In this document: positions 26,922 to 36,474 of the stretch, one piece after another | How positions within the stretch are numbered: the first letter of the stretch is position 1 | Layout: each line of letters starts with the position of its first letter | IMG/VR virus record: IMGVR_UViG_3300007623_000010 | Span: 1-54,142 of that record | DNA length: 54,142 nt | DNA from: a virus | Lineage: Duplodnaviria > Caudoviricetes | Direction: 5' to 3' (one strand) | Notes under the pieces: generated by a model | The model's database searches: none | What the model was told of the DNA's origin: nothing | What the model saw: only the letters and a program-made list of their open reading frames with translations | Program-made: the position numbers and the translations under genes

Positions 26922-28721
26922 ATGAGTATTAGAAAACTCTCTGAACGTGAACATATTATCCAGCGCCCATCGATGTACATCGGTGCTGTTGATCTAACAA
27001 AGACGAATGAATACATTTTTGAAGATGGAAATATCATATACAAAGAAATCTCATATGTTCCGGGTCTAATTAAGATCATTAATGAGATTATCGATAACTC
27101 GGTAGATGTGGCAATCAAAACCAACTTTGAAGGCTGTAACGAAATCTCTGTCAAAATGGCAGCTGATACAATCGAAGTACAAGACAACGGTACTGGTATT
27201 CCTGTCCAGAAAAACTCAGACGGTCACTATCTAGCAGAATTGGCATGGGGTCATGCGCGTGCTGGTTCAAACTTTGATGATGACAGCAACCGTACTCAAA
27301 TCGGTATGAATGGCGTAGGTTCGTTTGCGACTAACTGTTTCAGTACAAAATTTGTTGGAAAAACAGATGACGGATCGAATAACTACACCATCACTTTCAA
27401 AAACAATGCTGAATCGTTCACCGATAAAGTTGAAAAATCAAAAGGAAAATCAGGTGTACACGTCAAGTTTTGGCCAGATCTTAAAAAGTTTGGTTTAACT
27501 GAAATTGATAGTGTTCATATGAATGTAATCTATCAACGGTTGATAAATTTGAGCATGTCGTTCCCTGACATAACGTTTAAGTTCAATGGTAAGAAAATCA
27601 ATGTCAATTCGTTTAAAAAATACGTTCAGATGTTTAGCGATTCTGCAGAAATCTATGAAACTCAAGATTACAAATTTGCTATCTTGCCTAATGCCGAAGA
27701 CGATTTTAGACAGTTTAGTTATGTTAACGGTCTTAAAATTCCTGACGGTGGTACTCATATTGACATTATAACACATAACGTCGTAAGTGGTCTGCGTGAG
27801 AAACTGGCTAAAAAGTTCAAAACTATCAAGCCGGGCGACATCAAGAACAAGCTTATGGTTATTGCATTCCTCAAAAATGTCAAGAACACTAAATTTAATT
27901 CTCAATCGAAGGAGAAAATAACAAATGGAGCTGCTGAAATCAATTCGTACTTCGGTGACATTCCTTTTGATCAAATTGTCAATAAAATTTTTAGAAACAA
28001 AGATATTATTGATCCAATCACCGAAGTTTATCGAATTAAAGAAGAGTTTAAGAAACGTCAAGAACTCAAAGGTCTGCAGAAAACTGTCAAGAAAATTAAA
28101 TCTGATAAGTACTTACCTTCAATCGGTGTTAAAAAATATCTACTCTTGGTTGAAGGGGAATCAGCATTAGGCGGTCTATCTCCTGTCCTTGGACGCAAAG
28201 AATGCGGTTACTACACTCTAAAGGGTAAACCTCTCAATTCTTACAGTGCACCACAAGCTAAGTTCACGGCGAACAAAGAACTATCTGAATTGTATAAAAT
28301 CATACAAAATGAAAATTACGAATATGTGATATATGCAACTGACCAAGACCTAGACGGTTATCACATCAGAGGTCTATTGACTGGTTTCTTTGTGAGGTAT
28401 TTGCCTGAGCTTAAAGGTAGAATTGGTATGCTTCAAACTCCAGTAATCGGTGTCACAAAGAAAGATAAACTAACATCTTGGTATTACAACCTTAGTGATG
28501 ACGTTAAGTTGAAATCTGGTGAACACTCAAACTACTACAAAGGTTTAGGTTCTTGGGATTCAGAAGATCTTAAGGAAGTCGTAAAAGCTGATGGTCTATC
28601 AAAGATGATTAATATTCTTGATTTCGACTCTGATGAAATTATTGAAGAATGGCTGGGCAATGACTCTGAACCACGTAAAAAATACATTTTAGCAAATGAT
28701 TTTAGTATTGCAAAATTGTAA
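26922..28721 (+). CDS. 39: Type II topoisomerase large subunit (gp39+gp60 fused, GyrB/ParE-like)
   Basis: EHIIQRPSMYIG, EIIDNSVD, DNGTGIP, GMNGVG, EGESA, LKGK, TDQDLDG, YYKGLG. Confidence 0.95.
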   Translation: MSIRKLSEREHIIQRPSMYIGAVDLTKTNEYIFEDGNIIYKEISYVPGLIKIINEIIDNSVDVAIKTNFEGCNEISVKMAADTIEVQDNGTGIPVQKNSDGHYLAELAWGHARAGSNFDDDSNRTQIGMNGVGSFATNCFSTKFVGKTDDGSNNYTITFKNNAESFTDKVEKSKGKSGVHVKFWPDLKKFGLTEIDSVHMNVIYQRLINLSMSFPDITFKFNGKKINVNSFKKYVQMFSDSAEIYETQDYKFAILPNAEDDFRQFSYVNGLKIPDGGTHIDIITHNVVSGLREKLAKKFKTIKPGDIKNKLMVIAFLKNVKNTKFNSQSKEKITNGAAEINSYFGDIPFDQIVNKIFRNKDIIDPITEVYRIKEEFKKRQELKGLQKTVKKIKSDKYLPSIGVKKYLLLVEGESALGGLSPVLGRKECGYYTLKGKPLNSYSAPQAKFTANKELSELYKIIQNENYEYVIYATDQDLDGYHIRGLLTGFFVRYLPELKGRIGMLQTPVIGVTKKDKLTSWYYNLSDDVKLKSGEHSNYYKGLGSWDSEDLKEVVKADGLSKMINILDFDSDEIIEEWLGNDSEPRKKYILANDFSIAKL

Positions 28722-28738
28722 AAAAAATGTAAAAAACG

Positions 28739-28768
28739 GTGTACAATCCTTTTTCACTGTAGTATAAT
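28739..28768 (+). promoter_or_regulatory. Early-type promoter
   Basis: A-tract, GTGTAC, TATAAT at 28763, AGATCTATC. Confidence 0.7.
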
Positions 28769-28799
28769 AGATCTATCAGTTGAAATAGGAGCTGTACAC

Positions 28800-29030
28800 A
28801 TGACTAGACTATCACCAAAGCAAACAGCAAAATTGATTCTCAAACTAGGTAAAAAGCGTATTGCTAAACTAGAAGATTTTGGTTACGAAGGATCAGGATT
28901 TGATATTGTTCTAAATGAAGGTTTAGAAAGTGCATGGGGAACAACCATGAGATATTATGAATTCGAAGAATACAAAACTCAAGCAGAATTGCTAGATGAT
29001 ATGAAGTCATTTATTGACAGCACAGAATAA
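28800..29030 (+). CDS. Hypothetical protein between the topoisomerase subunits
   Basis: AGGAG RBS and its own promoter. Confidence 0.65.
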   Translation: MTRLSPKQTAKLILKLGKKRIAKLEDFGYEGSGFDIVLNEGLESAWGTTMRYYEFEEYKTQAELLDDMKSFIDSTE

Positions 29031-29038
29031 GGAAGCAT

Positions 29039-30346
29039 ATGAAAATCACAGAATTTTTTAACAAGGATTACGTAGATCAGGCGTCATACGATAACCTTCG
29101 CAAGATCGCATCTCTCGTAGATGGCCAGAAAAACGCATCACGTAAGATCCTTTATACGGTTCTTGAGAAAAATATTAAAGATAAAATTAAGGTATCTCAG
29201 CTCGGCTCAAAAGTAGCTGAGTTTGCTGAATATCTGCACGGTAGTTTAGATGGTGTAATTGTAAATCTAGGTCAAGATTTCCAAGGCACTAACAATATAC
29301 CGTTGTTACAGAAGAAAGGTAACTTTGGTACTCGATTTGCACAAGAAGCTTCAGCGTCAAGGTACATTTATACTTATGGAACCTCTGAATTCTTTCAACT
29401 ATTTAAGAAAGAAGATTCTGCAGTGTTGAAGCATCAATTCTTCGAAGGGCAACAGATAGAGCCAATGTTCTATGTACCATCATTGCCTATCCTTTTAATT
29501 AATGGCAGTGAAGGTGTATCATCTGGTTTTGCTCAGAAGATTCTTCCACGTGATCCTGATAAAATTAAAGGGTATATTGTTAATAAACTTAATGGGAAGG
29601 CCTCACGTTACGATTTTACTCCGTTTTATAAAGGATTCAAAGGTGTAATTGAACAAGGCGAAACAAGTAATCAGTGGCTGATCAAAGGTGTCGTCCAGAG
29701 ACAAGGTATCAACCGCGTACTTATTACAGAGGTCCCTATTGGTTATGATCTAAAGGGATACATTAATGTTCTTGACGATCTAGAAGACAAGAAGATTATT
29801 CAAGGTTATAGGGACCTTTCTGAAGATGATAACTTTAAATTCGAAGTATCAATCGCTAGTAAAGAATTAAAAACGTGGTGTGACGAAACTCTATTAGCTA
29901 AACTTAAGCTCATTAAAAAAGTTTCAGAAAACTATACTGTTATTGACGAAAATAACAAAATTCAAGTACTAGACTGTGCAAAGGATATTATTGACCACTA
30001 CATCGATGTGAAACTTGAATATGTTGCTAAACGTAAGTCGCATCAGTGTGAAATCCTTGAAACAGAAATACGATTTGACTTTAGTAAGTATCTATTCATC
30101 AAAATGATTGTTGAAGATAAGCTTATTGTGAATAATCGAAAGAAAGTCGATATCGAGGCTGACTTAAATAAGGTTGAAAATATTCTTAGCAAAGATGGAT
30201 CGTATGATTATCTATTGAATATGAATATTTTATCATTGACAAAAGAACGATTGGCAAAACTTGAAAAGGATATTGCTGATAAGAAACAAACGTTGGATGA
30301 ATTGCTTAAGAAATCTATTGAAGAAATTTGGATAGATGAGTTATAA
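29039..30346 (+). CDS. 52: Type II topoisomerase medium subunit (gp52, GyrA/ParC-like)
   Basis: DGQKNASRK, YLHG, GNFGTR, ASASRY (catalytic Tyr), P..LINGSEG, ITEVP. Confidence 0.95.
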   Translation: MKITEFFNKDYVDQASYDNLRKIASLVDGQKNASRKILYTVLEKNIKDKIKVSQLGSKVAEFAEYLHGSLDGVIVNLGQDFQGTNNIPLLQKKGNFGTRFAQEASASRYIYTYGTSEFFQLFKKEDSAVLKHQFFEGQQIEPMFYVPSLPILLINGSEGVSSGFAQKILPRDPDKIKGYIVNKLNGKASRYDFTPFYKGFKGVIEQGETSNQWLIKGVVQRQGINRVLITEVPIGYDLKGYINVLDDLEDKKIIQGYRDLSEDDNFKFEVSIASKELKTWCDETLLAKLKLIKKVSENYTVIDENNKIQVLDCAKDIIDHYIDVKLEYVAKRKSHQCEILETEIRFDFSKYLFIKMIVEDKLIVNNRKKVDIEADLNKVENILSKDGSYDYLLNMNILSLTKERLAKLEKDIADKKQTLDELLKKSIEEIWIDEL

Positions 30347-30379
30347 ATAATTTTACATTATAACTATTAAAGGTACGAA

Positions 30380-31036
30380 ATGTACATTACCATTGATCCG
30401 TATTATTCTAATACGTTTTACAACGAATCATTAGAAGCATTGAAAAATAATGGCGTCGAATACAAAGAATTTATTAGTGTTAAGACGCCATTTGACTGGT
30501 ATATTCAACTTGACAAAGAACCAATCATGGTTAATTATGATAAGTTGCCAGAAAAGGATGTTCGTTGGCTTGTTAATAAGGTACAGCCATTACGCCCAAA
30601 TGAAGAATATTTGTTATATCGTCGTGAACAAGACGAAGGGCCTAAAGCACTATTAAAATACATAGAAAACGAAGCGCTAAAAGAAGCAAGAACTTCTAAT
30701 TATGCTGTGTTTTTTACTATCAAAAATCGTGAAGAAGGAGAACAGATCACTAAAGATTTCCCTGGCAAAATATGGTATTTTGGAAAATACTACAAAAATA
30801 AATTCCGTGTTTGTTTATCTACAAACGAAATGATAAAGAACTATATTAACAGAGATCAAATTTTACTTGAAAAGGGCGACATAAAAGAGCCCGGTCGATT
30901 TGAAGCTGACTTCAATTGGCGAGTTTTACGAGGTCAAGATATGCTTCTTAAATTTACAGAAATGCCGTTTTTTAAAGATGGCCAATATAATAGAGTGAAA
31001 ATAAGTCCTGAAGTTTCGGCACGTTTTAATCTCTAA
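30380..31036 (+). CDS. Hypothetical late protein
   Basis: 218-aa ORF; TATAAATA at 30342-30349. Confidence 0.65.
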   Translation: MYITIDPYYSNTFYNESLEALKNNGVEYKEFISVKTPFDWYIQLDKEPIMVNYDKLPEKDVRWLVNKVQPLRPNEEYLLYRREQDEGPKALLKYIENEALKEARTSNYAVFFTIKNREEGEQITKDFPGKIWYFGKYYKNKFRVCLSTNEMIKNYINRDQILLEKGDIKEPGRFEADFNWRVLRGQDMLLKFTEMPFFKDGQYNRVKISPEVSARFNL

Positions 31037-31079
31037 TTTGTTATAATATATATTCAACAATCCACAAGAAGGAATTAAC

Positions 31080-32459
31080 TTGAGATACGAAAAGATTTAT
31101 GTTCTTGATACGAACATTATTTTAGAGGATGCCAATCAATTAATTACGATCGGGCAGGAAGGTAAGAATCTTATCGTTCTTCCGGAAACAGTAATCGATG
31201 AATTGGATGCCAAGAAATCAGGTTTTAACGAAATCAATTTCCAAGCCCGTGAGTTTGGGCGGATTCTATCAGAAGCTGAAGTAATTGGAACAAAGCGCGC
31301 TGGTAGCAAAAAAGATGTTACAGTTATGTCGTTGAAAGTTAGGGATATAATGATTGACATCATATCGTTTAAGGATTATGAGATGGTGAACGTCGATAAA
31401 TCCGTGCTAAACGATCGCAAAATTATTAAGGTTGCGCAATTCGCCACTAACTATTATAAAGATACTGAAGAAACTATTCTTCTTTCAAATGATATTATGT
31501 GCCGTACCCGTGCCATTTCATTGAATGTTAAGACAGAAGGTATTCAGCAAAACCAGCAAGTTCTTACAAATGAATACATTAAGGTTTTGGATAATGTAAA
31601 GAGTACTGATTTTAATGTAATGGAATACAAAAATATCAAAGATTATGATCCAGACTATGCGCCAGAAAACTACTGCTATCATTTAAAAGCAGATGATGGT
31701 AATGAGCAATTGGCTTATATCGTAGATGATAGAATTCACTTTGTTGATGAAGACGAACTTCGAAGAAACGTCGTTAAACCATTAAACGTTGGTCAGTTAT
31801 TCGCAATGCAAGGCATGATGGACGATCGAATTGATATTTGCGTTATTGAAGCATTGGCTGGTTCTGGTAAAACACTCCTAGCAATTGCGGCTGGCATGAA
31901 ACTAGTTCGTAAAGGTGTATATGACAAAATCATCTACATTCGTAACTCAGTTGAATCAGTCGATAAAGCTGAAGAGGTTGGATTCTTGTCTGGCAACGAC
32001 GAAAAATTCAAAATTTACAACTTTCCGCTGTACGATACTCTTGAATTTATTGCTCAAAAAGATATTAAGAATCAAAAGAACAAGGATAACCAAGAGTCAA
32101 TCGATTCGAAGATTGAAGAACTACAAAGTAAATACAATATTGAAACAATGTGGCCTGGGTCTATCCGCGGACGAACTATTTCAAACGCATTCGTTATTGT
32201 AGACGAAGTTCAAAACTTTGCTAAAACCTCTTTGCAGACGGTTCTATCTCGTATGGATCAGGAATGTAAAGTCGTATGTATCGGTTCAAACCGTCAGATT
32301 GACCACCCATATATTAACAAATATACGAACGGTCTATCAGTATTGATGAAGGCGCTTAGGACAGAACACGATAATGTGAATATGTTTGGTACGGAATTGA
32401 ATAAAGTTGTTCGTGGACGTATCACTGAATGGACAGAGAAAATCTTCGAAACAAAATAA
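31080..32459 (+). CDS. phoH: PIN-PhoH (PhoH2-type) protein
   Basis: YVLDTN..ELD..ND..SND PIN domain; AGSGKT, GFLSG, IRGRTI, VDEVQN, SR..GSNRQID. Confidence 0.9.
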   Translation: MRYEKIYVLDTNIILEDANQLITIGQEGKNLIVLPETVIDELDAKKSGFNEINFQAREFGRILSEAEVIGTKRAGSKKDVTVMSLKVRDIMIDIISFKDYEMVNVDKSVLNDRKIIKVAQFATNYYKDTEETILLSNDIMCRTRAISLNVKTEGIQQNQQVLTNEYIKVLDNVKSTDFNVMEYKNIKDYDPDYAPENYCYHLKADDGNEQLAYIVDDRIHFVDEDELRRNVVKPLNVGQLFAMQGMMDDRIDICVIEALAGSGKTLLAIAAGMKLVRKGVYDKIIYIRNSVESVDKAEEVGFLSGNDEKFKIYNFPLYDTLEFIAQKDIKNQKNKDNQESIDSKIEELQSKYNIETMWPGSIRGRTISNAFVIVDEVQNFAKTSLQTVLSRMDQECKVVCIGSNRQIDHPYINKYTNGLSVLMKALRTEHDNVNMFGTELNKVVRGRITEWTEKIFETK

Positions 32460-32480
32460 CTTAATTTTTTGTTAAGCATG

Positions 32481-32516
32481 TTGGTGGTATAATTATTATT
32501 AAGGTTATACCACCAA
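32481..32516. promoter_or_regulatory. 12-bp perfect inverted repeat overlapping the -10 box (operator-like)
   Basis: TTGGTGGTATAA-N12-TTATACCACCAA; TATAAT at 32488. Confidence 0.7.
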
Positions 32517-32536
32517 TTTAATTTTAGGATTATGAA

Positions 32537-32791
32537 ATGATTATTGAAATAAAAGATTTACCAGTAAATCGAAACGTCAAGAAAGTTACTTTTGATATTG
32601 AATTCGAAGATGGCGAAGTTAGTTCAGTAAAACCGAATCTAGAGAGCACTCAGGTGAATGAAGAGGTAGTAACTACACATACTGAAATTCCATGCACACA
32701 GGACACCGAATCAAAAGTCACTGCACCAATCATTGAAGAAAATCGTCCTAAAAAAGCAATTCCCCAAGAAATGCAGGATCTTGAATTCTAA
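32537..32791 (+). CDS. Small acidic protein, paralog of the next ORF
   Basis: N-terminal beta-rich ..FEDGEV, disordered linker, C-terminal ENRPKKAIPQEMQDLEF. Confidence 0.7.
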   Translation: MIIEIKDLPVNRNVKKVTFDIEFEDGEVSSVKPNLESTQVNEEVVTTHTEIPCTQDTESKVTAPIIEENRPKKAIPQEMQDLEF

Positions 32792-33096
32792 TGTTTGAAC
32801 TTCATATAACTTGCAGTAAGGATATCGACGAACTACATATCAATTTCAGTGACGGTACTGTTGTTACTTCAAATAATCCTACTGATAAGAAACGAAATAA
32901 AGATGAAAAGTCTAATAAAGGAACTGATTCAGAAAAACCAAAAAGTAGAAGTACTGCGCCAGCTAGAAAAGAACAAGTCTTAGATACTGACGTTGATTTT
33001 GGTGGAGTATCACAAGAAGTTGTCGAAAAACCAGTAATTGGTGGTGACGAAAGACCAGTAAAAATCGCTGAAGAATTACAAAACTTCGATTTCTAA
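32791..33096 (+). CDS. Small protein, paralog of the previous ORF
   Basis: ..FSDGTV, disordered linker, C-terminal DERPVKIAEELQNFDF; TAATG overlap. Confidence 0.7.
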   Translation: MFELHITCSKDIDELHINFSDGTVVTSNNPTDKKRNKDEKSNKGTDSEKPKSRSTAPARKEQVLDTDVDFGGVSQEVVEKPVIGGDERPVKIAEELQNFDF

Positions 33097-33157
33097 TAAA
33101 ATATTAACTAAACATTTAGTATAATTATCTTGAACTTTAAATAAAGGTAAAACAGAA

Positions 33158-34114
33158 ATGAAAAACATCCTCGGAATTGACATTGGCTTTGGAGACGTAA
33201 AGGTGACTTTCGGTACATCCGATGGTAACATCTCAAAGCAATTCAAATTCACAAGCACAATCGGAATCACTAAACGCAATGAACACGTTTCTGATTCACG
33301 TATCTATGACTATAAGGAACATAGTTACTACGTTGGTGAAAACGCTCTACATCTTCCAAGCGAAAACTTGATTGATATAACTGACTATAAAAATCTAGAG
33401 TATTATGCTCCACTATTCTTGTTCCATGTAATTAAACAGACTGGTTTTAATCCAGATATTATTGTTTCTGGTCTCTCAAAGGCACAGATCGAAAATTCTG
33501 GTCACTTTAAAGAAGGTCTAATGAACTTCACAGTGAACGGCGAAAACTTTAAATACGACGAAGTTTATATTCTTCCACAAGGTGCTGGATCGAAGCTTAC
33601 CATTGACAAATTTGGTAATAACTTCCCGCATCCTCAACAAGAATTTACTGGTACGACATCTTTCGTAGGCTGTGATATTGGTTTTAATACACTTGATATG
33701 TTCTTAGTCACTGATGGTAAAACATCGCCAAACTTGTTTGAAGGCATTGAGCGTGAAGGTGTTATGAAAATTGCTACATTGGTTGCTAAGAAAGTCAAAG
33801 AGCTTCATGGTCGCCAAATCACTCTTCACGAAGCTAAAGAAATCATTGATACAGGTATCTATAAACTTCGAGGTCAAAAACACCCGTTTAAAGATTTTGT
33901 CGACGAAGTTAAAAAATCATATCTTAAAGAACTATTAGCATTGGTTGAAAACAAATACGGTAAAATTCTGGACAAATGTGATTTTATCTCGCTAAGTGGT
34001 GGTGGCTCAACTATCTTTAAATCAACTGACGACGGGTTCATTCGTGTTCCAAAAACTAAACATGAATATTACAATTCAATCGGGTTCAAACTCTTCGGTG
34101 ATACAAAAGCATGA
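33158..34114 (+). CDS. ParM/StbA-family actin-like ATPase
   Basis: GIDIGFGDVK (phosphate 1), YYVGE, SGL, LPQGAG (connect 1), CDIGFNTLD (phosphate 2), LSGGGS (adenosine), NSIGF. Confidence 0.88.
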   Translation: MKNILGIDIGFGDVKVTFGTSDGNISKQFKFTSTIGITKRNEHVSDSRIYDYKEHSYYVGENALHLPSENLIDITDYKNLEYYAPLFLFHVIKQTGFNPDIIVSGLSKAQIENSGHFKEGLMNFTVNGENFKYDEVYILPQGAGSKLTIDKFGNNFPHPQQEFTGTTSFVGCDIGFNTLDMFLVTDGKTSPNLFEGIEREGVMKIATLVAKKVKELHGRQITLHEAKEIIDTGIYKLRGQKHPFKDFVDEVKKSYLKELLALVENKYGKILDKCDFISLSGGGSTIFKSTDDGFIRVPKTKHEYYNSIGFKLFGDTKA

Positions 34115-34202
34115 ACCCGGTAATTACCGTAGATAGGGAGGATCTCACTGTTACATACAGTGATCCTCTAACTTTGGAGACAATTAAGGTAAGGCATAAA
34201 AC

Positions 34203-34466
34203 ATGGAAGTGCCAGCGATCCAATATATGATTCATGGCAATCAAGTGTTATCCGTCATCGATATCGGTGGCGGGTATTGCGTACTTGCTGGAGATATGAT
34301 TCGCACGAATGGTTCAACGTTATTTGACTCGAAAAACGATGCAATGTACGCAAAATTGTTATATGAACTCGAAAGAGGAAAGGACCTCCGAAAATATAAG
34401 TCTTCGAAATACTACAAATACTATATCGAACGCTTGAAAAAAGAGAATCCAGAATATTTAATTTGA
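34203..34466 (+). CDS. Hypothetical protein (may extend to 34111 via a frameshift)
   Basis: From ORF track; ends ENPEYLI. Confidence 0.55.
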   Translation: MEVPAIQYMIHGNQVLSVIDIGGGYCVLAGDMIRTNGSTLFDSKNDAMYAKLLYELERGKDLRKYKSSKYYKYYIERLKKENPEYLI

Positions 34467-34474
34467 AAAAAATG

Positions 34475-34740
34475 AAAAAAAGTGTTTACTTTCTCTGAAA
34501 GCTATTGTATAATAGCTCTATCATTAAACAAATGGATAAAAATCATGACAAACACATTCACATTTGACATCGATCACAATACCACTATTGACCAACTTCT
34601 TACATACCTTTCACAAAATAATTTAACTCTAATCTCAATTAACCCTCAACCTGACCTACCACTGCCTTCAATAACTGTCAAACACAAATAAAAAAATTCA
34701 AAAAAAGTGTTTACTTTCTCTGAAAGCTATTGTATAATAG
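34475..34740 (+). repeat. 41-bp perfect direct repeat of an early promoter
   Basis: AAAAAAAGTGTTTACTTTCTCTGAAAGCTATTGTATAATAG at 34475-34515 and 34700-34740. Confidence 0.9.
34545..34691 (+). CDS. Small early protein
   Basis: MTNTFTFDIDH.. downstream of promoter copy 1. The GTG at 34482 lies inside the promoter. Confidence 0.6.
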   Translation: MTNTFTFDIDHNTTIDQLLTYLSQNNLTLISINPQPDLPLPSITVKHK

Positions 34741-34773
34741 ATCTATCAAATGAAGAAAAGAGAGATATTTGAC

Positions 34774-34983
34774 ATGAAAAACTACACTCTACGCAAAATC
34801 GAAAAGCTGGCTTCTGAATTGGCTCACCTATTAGAAGATAACAAAGCTGCTGGTTTTCATTGGAATACCAAAGAAAATGGTATCAAAGCCGAAGAGAAAT
34901 TCATCGAAGAGCTTTTGGATTTAGCATTCTCTGCCGATATGACGATCGAAACCGATTTGCAGAAAGATGAAATTTTTGGATAA
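34774..34983 (+). CDS. Small early protein
   Basis: MKNYTLRK.. after a GAGAG RBS downstream of promoter copy 2. Confidence 0.65.
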   Translation: MKNYTLRKIEKLASELAHLLEDNKAAGFHWNTKENGIKAEEKFIEELLDLAFSADMTIETDLQKDEIFG

Positions 34984-34988
34984 AAACT

Positions 34989-35045
34989 GTTTACAATCAC
35001 GACCGAAGTGATATAATAGTTCTATCAAATGAAGAAAAGAGAGAT
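34989..35045 (+). promoter_or_regulatory. Early promoter with a leader shared with the 34700 module
   Basis: GTTTAC..TATAAT, then TCTATCAAATGAAGAAAAGAGAGAT identical to 34742-34766. Confidence 0.8.
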
Positions 35046-35052
35046 TCTTGTC

Positions 35053-35460
35053 ATGATTAAACTTACTTTCAAAAACCGTTCAAGCGACGCTTACAAGTTC
35101 ACTACTACGGACGCCAACTGCCCAGAGGTTTTAGAGCTCAAAGAGACAGTTAAAGAAAGAAATGCTCAAATTCGTGAAAGGATGATGCGCTTCAACCCAA
35201 ATAAAAAGTTCATCAAACAATACCGTATTCGCATTCGTCCACGTGGTCCTCGCAACGGCAACTACCACGACACTCCAAAGGCTAATGCTACTCACTTCGA
35301 TATCTACTGCGATCAATACGAACGTCGTACTTACGCTTACCAAAAGTTTTGTGATAAAGCGTTTGCATCTCTTCTAATGGTTCAAAAAGAGTACGGACAC
35401 AATAGCGAAGTAGCTAGAGCCGCTTTGCGCGAATACCGAGATGCAGTCGATAATTACTAA
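35053..35460 (+). CDS. Basic early protein
   Basis: MIKLTFKNR..YRIRIRPRGPR..ATHFDIY. Confidence 0.7.
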   Translation: MIKLTFKNRSSDAYKFTTTDANCPEVLELKETVKERNAQIRERMMRFNPNKKFIKQYRIRIRPRGPRNGNYHDTPKANATHFDIYCDQYERRTYAYQKFCDKAFASLLMVQKEYGHNSEVARAALREYRDAVDNY

Positions 35461-35514
35461 AAATTATTGATGAAATAAATAAACGTAATAATCTTTATAA
35501 ACAAGGAGAAAAAA

Positions 35515-35619
35515 TTGAAAAGGCGCCCAATTGTGTTTACAACAGTCCCACGAATTCGTACTAAGCCAGTAGAAGGTCTACCGAGATCAATTCTAAAAAG
35601 TTTAAGCAAAACACAATAA
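35515..35619 (+). CDS. 34-aa basic peptide (not in ORF track)
   Basis: TTG start after AAGGAG: MKRRPIVFTTVPRIRTKPVEGLPRSILKSLSKTQ. Confidence 0.4.
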   Translation: MKRRPIVFTTVPRIRTKPVEGLPRSILKSLSKTQ

Positions 35620-35691
35620 TGCAAAAAATATTAATTTTTTTAATAACATCTTTGTTATAATTGACTGAGTAAATAAAAGAAAGGAAGGAAA

Positions 35692-36396
35692 ATGTTTAAT
35701 AAAAATGTAACCGAAGTATTGTCACAAATCAATGGCATTACGGACTCAGTTATTCTCAAATATCCCGTTACAGTCGCGGTATCTGAGTCTCAAGATATGA
35801 TGGTGTATGCTGACATTTCTAAGCTGGACTCAGATCCCTTTGGTGATATTGGTTTGATGAATTCACTAAGTGACTTTTTGAATTTGTTTAAATTGTTCCC
35901 TGAAGATCGTAATATTGAAATCGATGGCAATACTATCAATGTATCAAGCGGAAGTACATCTTCATCGTATATTGTAGATAATGTCGCTTTGATGGACGCT
36001 TACGACAAGTCACCTGAACAGTTTGATAAAACTGAAGCCGTGCCAAGTGTCGCAAGTTTTAGTATTTCTGTAGAAGATATTAAAAATATCAAATCAGCAA
36101 CCGGCGTCTTTAAAGATCTATCAGAGGTATTGATTACTTCACAAGATGGTGACATTAAGGTATCACTTGGAGCAACGAACAAGTTCAACGCTAAAAGTAA
36201 TACGTACTCCGTGACTAAAAGTGCGACAACTTCAAAAGAATTTGAAATTAAAATTCCAGTTGATAACTTTAAAATGCTGCCAGTTTCTGATTACACTGTT
36301 GAGGTAAAATACAACTCAGCCCGTGATTCTTATCGCATTCTATTGATTAACGACTCACTTGAAGGATTTAAAGTTCTTATGAGTGTAAAAGTTTAG
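35692..36396 (+). CDS. 45: Sliding clamp (gp45-like)
   Basis: Length 234 aa; EVLSQINGITDSVIL, FGDIGL..LSDFL, DNFKMLPVSDYTVEV match the gp45 pattern; replication context. Confidence 0.8.
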   Translation: MFNKNVTEVLSQINGITDSVILKYPVTVAVSESQDMMVYADISKLDSDPFGDIGLMNSLSDFLNLFKLFPEDRNIEIDGNTINVSSGSTSSSYIVDNVALMDAYDKSPEQFDKTEAVPSVASFSISVEDIKNIKSATGVFKDLSEVLITSQDGDIKVSLGATNKFNAKSNTYSVTKSATTSKEFEIKIPVDNFKMLPVSDYTVEVKYNSARDSYRILLINDSLEGFKVLMSVKV

Positions 36397-36474
36397 TAAA
36401 AAACGTCTATGAATATAAATATAAAGTATAGAATTTAGTGTTCTACAATTTATATAATAGAGGAAAATAACAAA

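Noticed and set aside
34475-35045. Repeats considered as a CRISPR array or a parC centromere
   Set aside because: Only two copies of each repeat, separated by whole genes, and the repeats are promoter or leader sequences.
34750-35052. Shared N-terminal peptide MKKREI on two ORFs
   Set aside because: It is translation of the duplicated leader/RBS. Downstream ATGs at 34774 and 35053 are better placed, although use of the upstream ATGs cannot be excluded.
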